From: Chamaesiphon sp.
GTDB taxonomy: Bacteria; Cyanobacteriota; Cyanobacteriia; Cyanobacteriales; Chamaesiphonaceae
Length of the DNA stretch: 64,000 nucleotides
Direction of reading: 5' to 3'
NCBI GenBank assembly: GCA_965246715.1
Contig: CBDFFH010000009.1
Coordinates: forward strand, 95,239-159,238
Shown here one piece after another: positions 49,081 through 60,376 of the stretch. The notes beneath the pieces are model-generated. The model saw nothing but the letters and a program-made list of their open reading frames with translations, was not told the origin of the DNA and made no database searches. Positions within the stretch are counted from its first letter, which is position 1, and the number at the start of each line of letters is the position of its first letter. The translations under genes were made by a program, and so were the position numbers.

Positions 49081-50646
49081 CTATTCACTTGCATACAGCC
49101 GCGTTAATGTCGCATCGGCAACAATTAGCGGCAATTTGAGTTGATAACCGCGACCATTTGCCAGCAGTTCAATTTTACCGCCATGCGCGCTCGCCAGCGT
49201 CTGACTCAGCGACAAACCCAGCCGAATCCTTAGTTCTTGGCCGATATTGGCTTCGAGCGCACGATCGCGATCGTCTGGTAGCAAGACTACTCGATCGGCT
49301 GTTGCGCTCCGATCGAGTGGCTGTAAATCTGTAAGTACGACTAGCTCGTCACTGGTAACGAGCTGAATTTGCAATCCATCTGTCAGATTGACGATCCGAA
49401 TCGAGATGTGATGGTGGTGCGCGGTAGTGTGAATTAAGCTCAAGCTGAGATAGTAAATAATTTGGCGCACCTTATCTTTATCCAATACCCAAATCCGCTC
49501 GCTAGCATAATCGCTGGGAATCTCACCGCCAACTAGATCGAGGACGATCTGGTGGTGTTTTTTCTGGATTAATGGCTCTAGGCTCTGAAGTGCCAATCGA
49601 CATAACATTTCTAGATCTACCGATCTCAGCGTGAGTTTGTGCTGCTGAAGGTCGAATCCACCTAATTCAGAGATTTCATTGACGATCGTGACCAATTGTT
49701 CGCCACTATGATGAATGATCCCCAAGTAGTCTTTTTGCTTGCCACTTAACGAGCCGTAAATTTCTTGTTGTAGGACACTTGCCATCCCAAGTACCGCTGT
49801 TAATGGGGTTCGTAGTTCTTGTGCTAGATGTGTCAATAATTTAAATTGAAGTTCGCTCTGCAGCTGAGGATAGTCCGAATAATTCTCGGCTGGTAGATCG
49901 ATGAAGATCGATCGGTCTTCACATCCATCGCGATCCGTTTCCGCCACTACTGACAGACGATTTGATGCAGCGAGATCGTGTTCGGTAACTGCTGCGCAGT
50001 CGTCAAATCCACGAACTGCTAAATCCGCAGACCGCAGATCCCCAACCCAGCGATTTAGCTGCGCTTGACTTAGGATCTTCCGCTCGAATTCACTGGTAAC
50101 TAACCGAGCGATCGTCTGTAATGAATCAATATCGCGATCGCTAAACTGACGCTGACTAAAATCTAAAATTGAGAGTGTACCTAGCAAATCTCTCGCCGCC
50201 GTAACTAGGGGAATACCGAAATAGGCTGTAATCTCATGTTTGCAGTACAGTGCTGACGAAGCTAAATACAGATCCGTTTGTAGGTCGGTAACTAAAAACT
50301 TGTCGCTACTACTACCGATCGTCTGGGCGTAACAATATTCTAGCCCTGCTAATTCGACATGTAAGTCAGCAGCGATCGGTAAATGCGTCAATCGCTCCAG
50401 TCCAGAGATCGAGCCGATCGCATATCCCGCTCCAGTACTCGTGCTCAGGATCGCGATCGGTGAATCGGTCAATCGGATTGCTAGTGCGGTTGCTTCGGCA
50501 AATATCGGCATCGCGCTCGATCGCTGGAAACATTGCTGTGACAGAGAATCGCTACTTAGTTCAGTAGCGATTCGGCAATTTTTGGGCGCTGTAGACCTAG
50601 CTACCGGACGGGAATTAGGCTCTAGGTCGAGGTCGGAATTGAGCAT
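49081..50646 (-). CDS. GAF-domain histidine-kinase-like protein (degenerate)
   Basis: GAF (YFGIPL...GTLSILD), HisKA-like QELRTPL, eroded HATPase (LGLSLS...HGG); start reassigned to ATG 50646. Confidence 0.82.
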   Translation of the reverse strand: MLNSDLDLEPNSRPVARSTAPKNCRIATELSSDSLSQQCFQRSSAMPIFAEATALAIRLTDSPIAILSTSTGAGYAIGSISGLERLTHLPIAADLHVELAGLEYCYAQTIGSSSDKFLVTDLQTDLYLASSALYCKHEITAYFGIPLVTAARDLLGTLSILDFSQRQFSDRDIDSLQTIARLVTSEFERKILSQAQLNRWVGDLRSADLAVRGFDDCAAVTEHDLAASNRLSVVAETDRDGCEDRSIFIDLPAENYSDYPQLQSELQFKLLTHLAQELRTPLTAVLGMASVLQQEIYGSLSGKQKDYLGIIHHSGEQLVTIVNEISELGGFDLQQHKLTLRSVDLEMLCRLALQSLEPLIQKKHHQIVLDLVGGEIPSDYASERIWVLDKDKVRQIIYYLSLSLIHTTAHHHHISIRIVNLTDGLQIQLVTSDELVVLTDLQPLDRSATADRVVLLPDDRDRALEANIGQELRIRLGLSLSQTLASAHGGKIELLANGRGYQLKLPLIVADATLTRLYASE

Positions 50647-50855
50647 GGGACGGTTGCCCGGAGTGGGATAGCTAAATGTCTGCGGATGTGAGATCGAAAA
50701 GATACATCTAGATCTAAAATTCCCACTCAACCGCACTGGAGCAACATTTTCGCCCAATGTATTAATTGACGCTTGTTGGCCGACAGCAAACTACAAACAG
50801 CCATGTCTATTCGATCGAGCGAGTCAGCTGCCACGATCGCCACCCTAATTTACCG

Positions 50856-52151
50856 CTAAATACTCAATCGTTGATACACTTCATCTAAGTGCTTGAGATG
50901 TTGAGTCGGATCGAAACACCGATCGATCTCCGCAGGAGTCAAATGCGCGGTCACGCGGGGGTCACTAGAGACTAATTTGCGGAAGTCGCCATCGGTAGTA
51001 TTCCACACCGCCATCGCATCCGATTGGACGATCGCATATGCTTCTTCCCGATTGAGTCCTTTACCTACAAGTGCGAGTAATACGCCTTGACTGAAGACCA
51101 CACCACCGTAACAGTTGAGGTTACGCGCCATGTTTTCGGGATAAACCAGCAGATTTTTGATGAGGTTGGTAGTTTCGACCAACATGAAGTGCGTAAGGAT
51201 GCAGGAATCGGGCAGACAAATGCGTTCTACCGAACTGTGAGAAATATCTCGTTCGTGCCAGAGTGCGACATTTTCTAGAGCTGCAACAGCGTTACCGCGC
51301 AGAATCCGGGCCATCCCTGTCAACCGTTCCGATCGAATCGGATTGCGTTTGTGGGGCATGGCAGAGGAGCCTTTTTGCCCTTTGGAGAAGAATTCTTCGA
51401 CTTCCAAGACATCAGTGCGTTGGAGGTTGCGGATTTCCACAGCAAATCGCTCGATCGAAGCACCCAGCAACGCTAATACTTGCGCGAACTCGGCATGAAT
51501 ATCGCGAGAAATAACTTGCGTAGAAGCTGTATCGGGAGTCAGTCCTAGCTTCTGACAAGCGATCGCTTCCGCACGCGGTTCGATATTGGCATAAGTACCG
51601 ACAGCCCCAGAGATCTTGCCTACCGCAATACTGCGACGCACTGCTACCAGTCGATCTCGATTTCGCAGCATTTCCGCCAACCAGCCAGCCAATTTAAACC
51701 CAAACGTAATCGGCTCGGCATGAATCCCATGCGAACGCCCGATCGTGACTGTATTACGATGTTTTTGGGCTTGATACCGAATTGCTTGAATCGTCTCTTC
51801 CAACCGCGTCAGGATAATATCGGTACTCGCCACCATTTGCAGCGCCAATGCTGTATCCAAGACATCCGAGCTAGTCATTCCTAAATGGATATATCGCCCT
51901 GCCGCTCCGACGTGTTCGTTGACATTAGTTAAAAAGGCGATCACATCGTGACGGACTTCAGCCTCGATTTCTAAGATCCGATCGACATCAAACTTTGCTT
52001 TAGCCTTAATTTCATCAACAGCTGCTTGGGGAATATGCCCCAATTCAGCTTGGGCTTCGCAGACAGCGATTTCTACTTGCAGCCAAGTTTGAAACTTATA
52101 AGCATCTGTCCAAATTTCACCCATTTCGGGCAACGTATAACGCTCTATCAT
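50856..52151 (-). CDS. purB: Adenylosuccinate lyase
   Basis: MIERY, RHDVIAF, GRSHGIHAEP, GSSAMPHKRNP. Confidence 0.97.
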   Translation of the reverse strand: MIERYTLPEMGEIWTDAYKFQTWLQVEIAVCEAQAELGHIPQAAVDEIKAKAKFDVDRILEIEAEVRHDVIAFLTNVNEHVGAAGRYIHLGMTSSDVLDTALALQMVASTDIILTRLEETIQAIRYQAQKHRNTVTIGRSHGIHAEPITFGFKLAGWLAEMLRNRDRLVAVRRSIAVGKISGAVGTYANIEPRAEAIACQKLGLTPDTASTQVISRDIHAEFAQVLALLGASIERFAVEIRNLQRTDVLEVEEFFSKGQKGSSAMPHKRNPIRSERLTGMARILRGNAVAALENVALWHERDISHSSVERICLPDSCILTHFMLVETTNLIKNLLVYPENMARNLNCYGGVVFSQGVLLALVGKGLNREEAYAIVQSDAMAVWNTTDGDFRKLVSSDPRVTAHLTPAEIDRCFDPTQHLKHLDEVYQRLSI

Positions 52152-52750
52152 TCGATCGCTGTTCCGGCACTATCAATACTCACATAGTATAGCGTTGGTT
52201 GGCACAGCTGCTCTAGAACAGAATCTTCTGTCGGTCTCGCTCGCTCTCTTAAGATACATTAAACTACATTAATAGACATGAAAAAGCACAGAAAAAATCA
52301 TTGAATTGGTTCTAAAGTTAGTTAGAACAAAAACAAACACTCTTAAATTAAACCACTCTGTATGAAGATCGTAAATTGCGATCTCGACCCCAATGTGGAC
52401 TCGCTCTGCATCTAAAACTTTAGCCGATATCTCTTCTAGAGAGGATTTGCTAAAGTCAACGATCGAGCCACATTCCTTGCTACAATCTTCTGCCGTTACT
52501 AGCCGCGCGCATAGCGATCGCAGTTAAGATTGTAGACCGAGCGGGGTAATTACACTCCAGATTTTTGAGAACCGAATTACTAATGAACTTGCCAGAGATC
52601 GGCGGATATATTTTAGAAGCACGTAACTAGTGAAGTCCGATCGAGATTGCGTTTTGATAGCAGCGATCTCTGACTAGGTAACGCCTCATGGCATTTACCC
52701 TGTAGAAGTGCGAAAATCAAAGCAAGGAAGTATCGAAATATTTACATAGC

Positions 52751-53659
52751 ATGAAGATTGCGATCGCAGGAGCGACTGGATTTGTGGGCACTCGGTTAGT
52801 CGAACAACTCCTAGCACAAGGGGATCGAGTGACGATTTTGACTCGCACTCCGGGGAAGGCTATCGCGCGCTTTCCCAAGGCAGAGGTCATCGGCTACAAT
52901 CCGATCGAATCGGGAGCATGGCAACAGTCCATTTCTGGCTGCGATGCCGTCGTCAATCTCGCTGGAGAACCGATTGCGGAAAAACGCTGGACACCGACGC
53001 AAAAGCGAATAATCTTGGAAAGTCGGCAACTGGGCACCCAAAAAATTGTTGAAGCGATCGATCGAGCCGAAGTCAAACCACCAGTGTTAGTAAGTGCCTC
53101 GGCGATCGGCTACTATGGCACCAGCGAGACAGCTAAATTTGATGAAACTAGTTCTGCTGGAACAGATTTCCTGGCTGAAGTATGTACGGCTTGGGAAACA
53201 GCCGCACAAGCAGTCACAGCTAGCGGTACCCGGTTAGTCATCCTCCGGTTAGGTATTGTCTTAGGTGAAAATGGCGGTGCATTAGGCAAGATGCTAGCAC
53301 CGTTTGGTGCTTTTGTCGGTGGGCCGATCGGGAGTGGCAAGCAATGGTTCTCGTGGATTCACCGTGACGATGTAGTTAAATTAATTATTTCAGCGATCGT
53401 CAATCCCAAGATTCAAGGTGTTTACAATGCTACCGCACCCAATCCCGTAACGATGCAAGATTTTGCCCAGACACTCGGCGCTGTCATGAGTCGTCCTTCC
53501 TGGCTCCCCGTACCAGATTTTGCGCTCGAAGCGCTCTTGGGTGAAGGCGCGATCGTCGTGTTACAAGGACAACAAGTAATCCCAGCAAAAACTCTAGCTG
53601 AAGGCTTTAACTTTACCTATCCGACGCTTAAACCAGCTCTAGCATCGATTTTAGGCTGA
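52751..53659 (+). CDS. TIGR01777-family NAD-dependent epimerase (ThyD/YfcH-like)
   Basis: GATGFVG, NLAGEPI, SAIGYYG, WIHRDD. Confidence 0.92.
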   Translation: MKIAIAGATGFVGTRLVEQLLAQGDRVTILTRTPGKAIARFPKAEVIGYNPIESGAWQQSISGCDAVVNLAGEPIAEKRWTPTQKRIILESRQLGTQKIVEAIDRAEVKPPVLVSASAIGYYGTSETAKFDETSSAGTDFLAEVCTAWETAAQAVTASGTRLVILRLGIVLGENGGALGKMLAPFGAFVGGPIGSGKQWFSWIHRDDVVKLIISAIVNPKIQGVYNATAPNPVTMQDFAQTLGAVMSRPSWLPVPDFALEALLGEGAIVVLQGQQVIPAKTLAEGFNFTYPTLKPALASILG

Positions 53660-53872
53660 TAACTTCGATCGTTCTTTAATGACGATCGCTTCTACACGAG
53701 CGATATTCGTCTCGCGATCGACTGTTGTAATCGCCCACCGCAGGGGTTCGCCCCACTTCTGGAGTGCTGTCTCAATTACATGATTGAGGTTGCCGATCGC
53801 ATTGTTGATGTCAATTTCTATTTCGATGGGTTCGATCGTCATTTTCAAAAAATCTATTTGCTTTGGATCCAT
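53651..53872 (-). CDS. Small hypothetical protein
   Basis: IETALQKWGEPLRWAIT...VEAIV resembles a conserved small cyanobacterial protein (recalled, not searched). Confidence 0.65.
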   Translation of the reverse strand: MDPKQIDFLKMTIEPIEIEIDINNAIGNLNHVIETALQKWGEPLRWAITTVDRETNIARVEAIVIKERSKLSA

Positions 53873-53887
53873 AGCTAAGAAAATACG

Positions 53888-54427
53888 ATGGTTAATATTA
53901 AAACAATATTTATGTTCAAAAATAGTGTAGCTCTAGTGACTAATTGGCTTGCTCGGCTCTTGATTCTGACTTGTGTTTGGTTAGTGTTGGGCGTAAATAG
54001 CCCAGTCTTAGCAGTCATCAGCCAGACTAATTATAGTCGCATCGATCTTCAAGGACGGGATTTTTCTGGCAAGGATCTGACTGGGGGCGTATTTGTGTCA
54101 TCGGAAATGCGTGGAGTGAATTTTAGCGGCGCTAATTTAACCAATGCACTCTTGACAATGGGGGTACTCCTCAAGACAAATTTATCTGGAGCCAATCTTA
54201 CCGGAGCATTGGCCGATCGCGCGACATTCGATGAAGCAGATTTGACCAATGCGATCCTCACTGAGGCGACACTCACCCGATCGAGATTTTATGGTGCTAA
54301 AATTACGGGAGCGGATTTTACGGATGCATTGATCGATCGCGCTCAAGCGAAATTGTTATGCGAGCGAGCTGACGGCACCAATCCAGTTACTGGAGTAGCC
54401 ACCCGCGATAGTCTCGGTTGTCCGTAA
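53888..54427 (+). CDS. Pentapeptide repeat protein (exported/lumenal type)
   Basis: Signal peptide; ANLTN repeats; C-terminal LC...GTNPVTG..TRDSLGC. Confidence 0.92.
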   Translation: MVNIKTIFMFKNSVALVTNWLARLLILTCVWLVLGVNSPVLAVISQTNYSRIDLQGRDFSGKDLTGGVFVSSEMRGVNFSGANLTNALLTMGVLLKTNLSGANLTGALADRATFDEADLTNAILTEATLTRSRFYGAKITGADFTDALIDRAQAKLLCERADGTNPVTGVATRDSLGCP

Positions 54428-54504
54428 AAATTCCCATTAGACTATTTTGGCTGTAAATGCTAAAATAGTAAGTTGCAAAATTTATCTAAAACTTCCGAAT
54501 AGTT

Positions 54505-54783
54505 ATGACCCTAACGCAAGAGCGTAAGCAAGAAATCATGAGCAAACATCAGTTGCACGCAACTGACACTGGCTCCTCCGATCTGCAAGTCGCGATGTTA
54601 ACCGAACGCATCAATCGCCTCAGCGAGCACCTCAAAACCAACAAGAGCGATCACTCTTCCCGCCGGGGCTTGTTAAAAATGATCGGACAGCGCAAACGCC
54701 TGCTCGCTTTCATCCAAAGTGAAAACGTTCAACGCTACCAAACTCTGGCTGATACCCTCGGTATCCGTCGCGTCAAAGATTAG
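54505..54783 (+). CDS. rpsO: 30S ribosomal protein S15
   Basis: DTGSSDLQVAMLT, DHSSRRGLLKM. Confidence 0.97.
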   Translation: MTLTQERKQEIMSKHQLHATDTGSSDLQVAMLTERINRLSEHLKTNKSDHSSRRGLLKMIGQRKRLLAFIQSENVQRYQTLADTLGIRRVKD

Positions 54784-55005
54784 TAAGCAGTAGACAGTTG
54801 ACAGCGTTCCGCGTTGCTCCTGTCAGAGCGGCTACGCCAACGTCGTTCTTGGAGGAAACCTCCAAGGGGAACCTACGGAAAAAGCGGAACCAGAGAGTTG
54901 ACACTTAGCCTGCCGAAAACGTGCGATTTATCGCCATCCGATCTAGCTAATCACCGAGAACGATCGACTGTCCACTATCGACTATTCAATATCCACTGTA
55001 AAATC

Positions 55006-55482
55006 ATGCCTGCTGAGGAATCACGTAAGTCCATCCCTTTTGAACCTCCTAGCAATAAACAGCGTAAACCAGCAGGGAAGAAGAAGGGTACACCAATTAT
55101 CAAGCCACAAACTCCAGCTCCAGCAATGGATGAGCGGGGATCTGGCCACATTCCCGAAATAGTCAGCAACCGGATGATTCGGCGTGCGCTGGTATTTTGC
55201 GGTACTCCCATGTTGATGGGGATGTCAATCTTCATCCTTGGCTATTTTGCAATCATCAAGCACTGGTTCCCTGTCTCGAATACTGTCGTGCTGCTAACTA
55301 GCATGGCTTGCTTGGGTTTGAGTGTATTGGGACTTAGCTATGGGATTCTATCTGCTTGTTGGGAAGAAGATAGCACTAGTAAAGGTAGTCTCTTGGGTTG
55401 GGTAGAATGCAAAACCAATTTTGGACGCATGGCTGCTGCCTATCGTGCCAACAAACGGATGCGAGCGGATCTCGATCGATAA
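55006..55482 (+). CDS. PAM68 family protein
   Basis: PFEP, IPEIVSNRMIRR, GLSYGILSACW, GSLLGW; follows rpsO; start reassigned to ATG 55006. Confidence 0.9.
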   Translation: MPAEESRKSIPFEPPSNKQRKPAGKKKGTPIIKPQTPAPAMDERGSGHIPEIVSNRMIRRALVFCGTPMLMGMSIFILGYFAIIKHWFPVSNTVVLLTSMACLGLSVLGLSYGILSACWEEDSTSKGSLLGWVECKTNFGRMAAAYRANKRMRADLDR

Positions 55483-55623
55483 TGACGGCGCACCTGTAGC
55501 TACTTCACCGATTTATCCAAGCAAGTTCTTGCGACTGTAAGGTTGGAGGTAAGGGAACATCGGAGCGAGAAGACGATCCTGATCGGGTATAATATTCGCT
55601 GGAATACGCTCTACTCTTAATTC

Positions 55624-56421
55624 ATGCAGATCCATCACACATCAGCGATCGAACCTGGTGCCAAAATCGGTAATAATGTCTCGATCGGGCCTTTTTGCTA
55701 CATTCGACATGATGTGGAGATCGGAGACAATTGTATTTTAGATGCTCATGTGACGTTGCTGCCCTACACTTCGATCGGCAAAAATTGTCATCTGCATAGC
55801 AATGTCGTAATCGGCGACTTACCTCAAGATGTCGCCTTCAAAGATGAGCCAAGTTATGTCAAAATCGGCGATAATTGCACCGTTAGAGAGGGCGTAACGA
55901 TTCATCGCGGCACCAAAGCTGGAACGACTACTACTGTCGGCGATAATTGTTTATTAATGGCATACAGCCATCTCGCCCATAATGTCCAACTAGGGAACCA
56001 CGTAATTGTCGCTAACGGCGCGTTGTTAGCTGGTTATGTTGAAGTGGGAGATCGCGCATTTATCAGTGGCAATTGTTTGGTACATCAATTTGCGCGAGTC
56101 GGGCGATTGGTAATGCTAGCGGGCGGTTGTGCGATTCATAAAGATGTGCCGCCCTTTTGCATGACGCGCAGCACTACCCTGAATAAAATTATGGGTTTAA
56201 ATACGGTTGGATTGCGCCGTGCGGGATTTACTTCAGAACAGAGATTGACAGTCAAACGCGCTTTTAAAATCCTCTATCAATCCAATTTATTAGTTCCAGA
56301 AGCTTTAGCTAAATTAGAAGCTGAGTTCGATTCGGAGCTAGTTACAGAGATGTGTGAATTTATCAAAAAGTCTCAGCGTGGAATTGCTGGATATGTCCGC
56401 CAACGTCACAGCGAGGATTGA
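55624..56421 (+). CDS. lpxA: Acyl-ACP--UDP-N-acetylglucosamine O-acyltransferase
   Basis: Hexapeptide repeats; PQD, REGVTIHRGT, HLAHN, HQF, GLNTVGLRR. Confidence 0.9.
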   Translation: MQIHHTSAIEPGAKIGNNVSIGPFCYIRHDVEIGDNCILDAHVTLLPYTSIGKNCHLHSNVVIGDLPQDVAFKDEPSYVKIGDNCTVREGVTIHRGTKAGTTTTVGDNCLLMAYSHLAHNVQLGNHVIVANGALLAGYVEVGDRAFISGNCLVHQFARVGRLVMLAGGCAIHKDVPPFCMTRSTTLNKIMGLNTVGLRRAGFTSEQRLTVKRAFKILYQSNLLVPEALAKLEAEFDSELVTEMCEFIKKSQRGIAGYVRQRHSED

Positions 56422-56749
56422 ATTATCTTCGATTTGGAACGTAAGAATGGTGGAGCGAGCAACAAAATAGCTAACGGGATCTCACGGTGATTAACCCTCT
56501 TCTGTCATGTCAATCGATCGAACGCATTTATGTGGCTGAATCTATTTTTACTGAATTTGTATCTAAATTAGTCGCCAAAGCCGAACGCTTAAAATTCTGG
56601 TTTAGGTAGTTCGCGGATGGGTGCGGCTGGGTCGATACTGTTGCCGATCCGTGGTGCTTCGATCTTCAATCGGTAAGTCGAGAATCTCGTGCGGATTGAC
56701 TTTTACTAGTAAATAATAGTACAGGTCTATTCAATAAATTCGATCGATC

Positions 56750-56982
56750 CCCCACTCAATTTGGGCACATTTTCACTTGCAGATTTTGTCAAACAGGTGA
56801 AGGGGAGTTCTTCACATTTTATCAACCATGAGATTCGACCAGATTTCTTGTTCAAGTGGCAGGGTAGTTATGGTGCTTTGACGGTGAGTAAGGATGATGT
56901 GGATGATTTGTGTGAATATATCGATGGGCAGGAAGAACATCATCGGCGGAAGTCTTTGATTCCCGATTGGGAGCCGATTTAG
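56750..56982 (+). pseudogene. C-terminal fragment of an IS200-like/RAYT transposase
   Basis: FVKQVKGSSSH...FKWQGSYGALTVS...YIDGQEEHH; HUH half missing. Confidence 0.8.
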
Positions 56983-57011
56983 ATGGTGAAATGGGGACGC
57001 ACGATTTTAAC

Positions 57012-57120
57012 CGCACGATTGAAATCGTCGCTGGTGTTGCGAAGTCCGCCTTCGCGGACTGGGATTTTTTAACCCGCGAAGGCGGGTTTTGCAACATGAG
57101 CGGCGGTTTCAACCGCTGAC
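57012..57120. repeat. REPIN-like unit, family C, copy 1
   Basis: CGCACGATTGAAATCGTCGC..AGTCCGCCTTCGCGGACT..AACCCGCGAAGGCGGGTT..GCGGTTTCAACCGC. Confidence 0.85.
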
Positions 57121-57127
57121 GAATCTT

Positions 57128-57604
57128 TTAATATTGTTCCACCGAGGATATAATTTTGTCTTCTTCGAGAATGCTAATAATTCGTTCGAGTTCCTCTCTT
57201 TGTGATAAGTGAGCCGTAAATCGAATCTTTTTCCTCTTCATACTTAAATGAACTCGTAAATACTTGCCCAACCATTTAATTGTCCGTAATTGACCTTCTG
57301 ACAAGTTAGATATATAACCACAACTAAATACAAATGTTTGGATGGGCGGATATGCGGGTAGTGATTGTTCTACTCCACCCATTATAGTTATAAGTTGTGA
57401 ATTGGGTTGGCTAATTGTCACAGCAAAGCATTCTTCGCCTAGATCTAACTTTTTAAGATCTAGACGATCGACGATGGAATGAACATGATAGTTGCATTCG
57501 CTACAAAATCGCACATCATCATTCTCTGTTGTTTGTAGATCTTTCCATTTCTTTTGACAACGGAATGTGAATTTAATATCTGTGAGATCGAGATTGTCTT
57601 TCAT
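57128..57604 (-). CDS. Hypothetical protein with Cys-rich N-terminus
   Basis: C...W..L......RFC..C...V motif; AT-rich. Confidence 0.65.
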   Translation of the reverse strand: MKDNLDLTDIKFTFRCQKKWKDLQTTENDDVRFCSECNYHVHSIVDRLDLKKLDLGEECFAVTISQPNSQLITIMGGVEQSLPAYPPIQTFVFSCGYISNLSEGQLRTIKWLGKYLRVHLSMKRKKIRFTAHLSQREELERIISILEEDKIISSVEQY

Positions 57605-57623
57605 ATTTCATATGTTTAATAAT

Positions 57624-57731
57624 CGCACGATTGAAATCGTCGCTCATGCTGCAAAGTCCGCCTTCGCGGACTAAAATCCCCAACCCGCGAAGGCGGGTTT
57701 TGCATCACAAGCAGCGGTTTCAACCGCTGAC
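57624..57731. repeat. REPIN-like unit, family C, copy 2
   Basis: Direct repeat of 57012-57120. Confidence 0.85.
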
Positions 57732-57739
57732 TAACCGAA

Positions 57740-60376
57740 CTAACCCAAACCACCCTCCAACTCCGCCTTAGCAACCCCCAAAGCCTCCTTCACCTTACTC
57801 GCATCCCGTCCCCCAGCCTGAGCCAAATTCGGTCGCCCACCGCCGCCACCACCGCAGATCTTCGCAATATTACCGATAAACTTCCCAGCCTGCAAACCCT
57901 TGGCATTTACCCCCTTACTAAAAGCCGCCACCAAACTCACCTTATCCGGTTCGGGAATTGAGGCCAGCACGATCGCGCCTTCACCGAGTTTATTTAATAA
58001 CCGTTCCGCCGCAGTTTGGAGCGCATTAGGATCGACATCACCGAGTTCGGCGATGATGATTTTAAACTCACCGATCGATATCGCTTGCGATAGTAATTGT
58101 TCGGATTTAGCGATCGCAAGTTCGCCCTTCACACTCTCCAATTGCTTCTGATTAGCTTTGAGTTCAGTTTGCATTGTCGAGATTCGATCGAGGATTTCTT
58201 CGGGTTTAGCTTTGAACCTGTCGCTCAATTCCTTGACTATTCGATCGCGCACATTTAGATAGTCTAAAATTGCATTGCCCGCTACCGCTTCGATCCGCCG
58301 CACACCAGCCGCAACACCAGCTTCAGAGATGATTTTAAACGCCCCAATTTCGGCAGTATTACTAACGTGAATCCCGCCGCATAATTCCATCGATACGCCA
58401 GGGAAATCGATGACGCGGACTTCGGCACCGTATTTTTCACCAAACATCGCTATGGCACCTTTAGCCTTAGCTGATGCGATCGGCATTACTTCAATTTCTG
58501 CTTTATGAGCCTCACCAATCCAGGTATTTACCAAATCTTCTACCTGTTGAACTTCCTCAGATGTGAGAGCGTGGGAACAGTTGAAATCGAATCGCAATCG
58601 ATCGAATGAGACTAATGAACCTGCTTGAGAAATTTCAGGATCGACAAATATTTTCAATGCGGCTTGTAATAGATGAGTCGCTGTATGGTTAGCTTGAGCG
58701 CGACGACGATAATCAATACTGATTCCAGTGTTAACTATATCGCCAACTCTTAAACTTCCACGTTCAATTGTTCCAAAGTGAACAAAGAAAGCAGACTCCT
58801 TTTTCACATCATTAATAAGGACTAATAAATTATCCGCCACTATGTGACCGCGATCTCCAACTTGTCCGCCAGATTCCGCATAAAAGGGAGTCTTATCTAA
58901 AACAATTTGCACAGTCGTTCCGGCATCCGCTTCAGACACCGACGTACCTGCAACTAATAACGCAACTACTTCAGCCTGACTAGTAAACTGAGTATAGCCG
59001 AGAAATTCAGTCGCCTGAATCGTGTTTGCGAGGGTATCTAAGGAACCTTGAACCGTGAGATCGATCGATTCTACCGCACCACGCGATCGATCTTTCTGAA
59101 TTTGCATTTCCACTTCAAACCCATCTGCATCAACAGTTAAACCCTGTTCCTCGGCGACTTCTTGCGTCAATTCCAACGGGAAACCATGAGTATCAAATAG
59201 CGTAAACGCATCCTTCCCCGAAATCTCCTTCACTCCCTGACTGAGCGCATCCGCAATAATATTCGCCAGTAACTTCTCGCCATTCCCCAGGGTTTTTAGA
59301 AACTGAACTTCCTCCCGCTGAAGTTCCGCCTTAATTTTGTCAGCCTTCTCCCGCACATTGGGATAAGCAACTTCCGACATTGCGATCGCACTTTCAGCTA
59401 CCTTAGTCGTAAATTCAGCATCAATGCCAATCAACCTGCCATGACGCACTACCCGCCGAATTAACCGCCGTAAAATATAACCCCGCCCAGTATTTTCAGC
59501 GCGAATTCCATCGGCGATCATATGCACAACCGCCCGAACATGATCGCCGATTACCTTCAGCGAAGTCTTAGTTTTTTCATCACTACTAAAATAATCAATT
59601 CCGGCAATATCTGCCGCAGTTTGAACGATCGGAAAAATCAGATCCGTCTCATAATTATTCGGTACATCTTGCAGGATTTGTGCCATCCGCTCCAAACCCA
59701 TCCCCGTATCGATGTTCTTATTCGCTAACGGTGTGAGATTGCCATCAACATCGCGGTTGTACTGCATGAACACCAGATTATAAAACTCAATAAATCTGCT
59801 GTCATCCTCCAAATCGATCTCATCATTCCCCAATTCGGGATGGAAATCATAATAAAGCTCAGAGCATGGCCCACAAGGCCCTGTCGGCCCCGATACCCAA
59901 AAATTATCATCAGCACCCAACCGCTTAATTCGCAGGGGATTCACGCCAATCTTGTCCCGCCAGATCGCAAAAGCCTCATCGTCATCCTCAAACACGCTGA
60001 CCACCAACCGCTCCGGCGGCAGCTTAAACACCTGCGTCGAGATTTCCCAACCCCAGTGGATCGCTTGCTCCTTAAAATAGTCCCCAAAGCTAAAATTGCC
60101 CAACATCTCAAAAAACGTGTGATGCCGCGCCGTCCGCCCCACATTCTCGATATCATTGGTACGGATACATTTCTGGGAAGTCGTCGCACGGGGAAAATCG
60201 GGCTGGCGTTGACCCAAGAAAATCGGCTTAAATGGTAACATCCCCGCGATCGTCAATAACACCGTCGGATCTTCCGGCACCAACGAACCGCTCGGCAACG
60301 GCTGATGTCCCCGCTGGCTATAAAAATCGAGGAAAGCTTGACGGATCTTGGCACCACTGAGTTTGAGAGCAGACAT
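57740..60376 (-). CDS. alaS: Alanine--tRNA ligase
   Basis: [50 protein letters not shown]. Confidence 0.98.
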   Translation of the reverse strand: MSALKLSGAKIRQAFLDFYSQRGHQPLPSGSLVPEDPTVLLTIAGMLPFKPIFLGQRQPDFPRATTSQKCIRTNDIENVGRTARHHTFFEMLGNFSFGDYFKEQAIHWGWEISTQVFKLPPERLVVSVFEDDDEAFAIWRDKIGVNPLRIKRLGADDNFWVSGPTGPCGPCSELYYDFHPELGNDEIDLEDDSRFIEFYNLVFMQYNRDVDGNLTPLANKNIDTGMGLERMAQILQDVPNNYETDLIFPIVQTAADIAGIDYFSSDEKTKTSLKVIGDHVRAVVHMIADGIRAENTGRGYILRRLIRRVVRHGRLIGIDAEFTTKVAESAIAMSEVAYPNVREKADKIKAELQREEVQFLKTLGNGEKLLANIIADALSQGVKEISGKDAFTLFDTHGFPLELTQEVAEEQGLTVDADGFEVEMQIQKDRSRGAVESIDLTVQGSLDTLANTIQATEFLGYTQFTSQAEVVALLVAGTSVSEADAGTTVQIVLDKTPFYAESGGQVGDRGHIVADNLLVLINDVKKESAFFVHFGTIERGSLRVGDIVNTGISIDYRRRAQANHTATHLLQAALKIFVDPEISQAGSLVSFDRLRFDFNCSHALTSEEVQQVEDLVNTWIGEAHKAEIEVMPIASAKAKGAIAMFGEKYGAEVRVIDFPGVSMELCGGIHVSNTAEIGAFKIISEAGVAAGVRRIEAVAGNAILDYLNVRDRIVKELSDRFKAKPEEILDRISTMQTELKANQKQLESVKGELAIAKSEQLLSQAISIGEFKIIIAELGDVDPNALQTAAERLLNKLGEGAIVLASIPEPDKVSLVAAFSKGVNAKGLQAGKFIGNIAKICGGGGGGRPNLAQAGGRDASKVKEALGVAKAELEGGLG

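Noticed and set aside
52152..52750. 600-bp purB-epimerase intergenic region as ncRNA or riboswitch
   Set aside because: Only a weak inverted repeat near 52305-52330; no RNA family motif I can recognise.
54814..55005. N-terminal extension of PAM68
   Set aside because: Derived from repeat and micro-insertion DNA; family similarity starts at ATG 55006.
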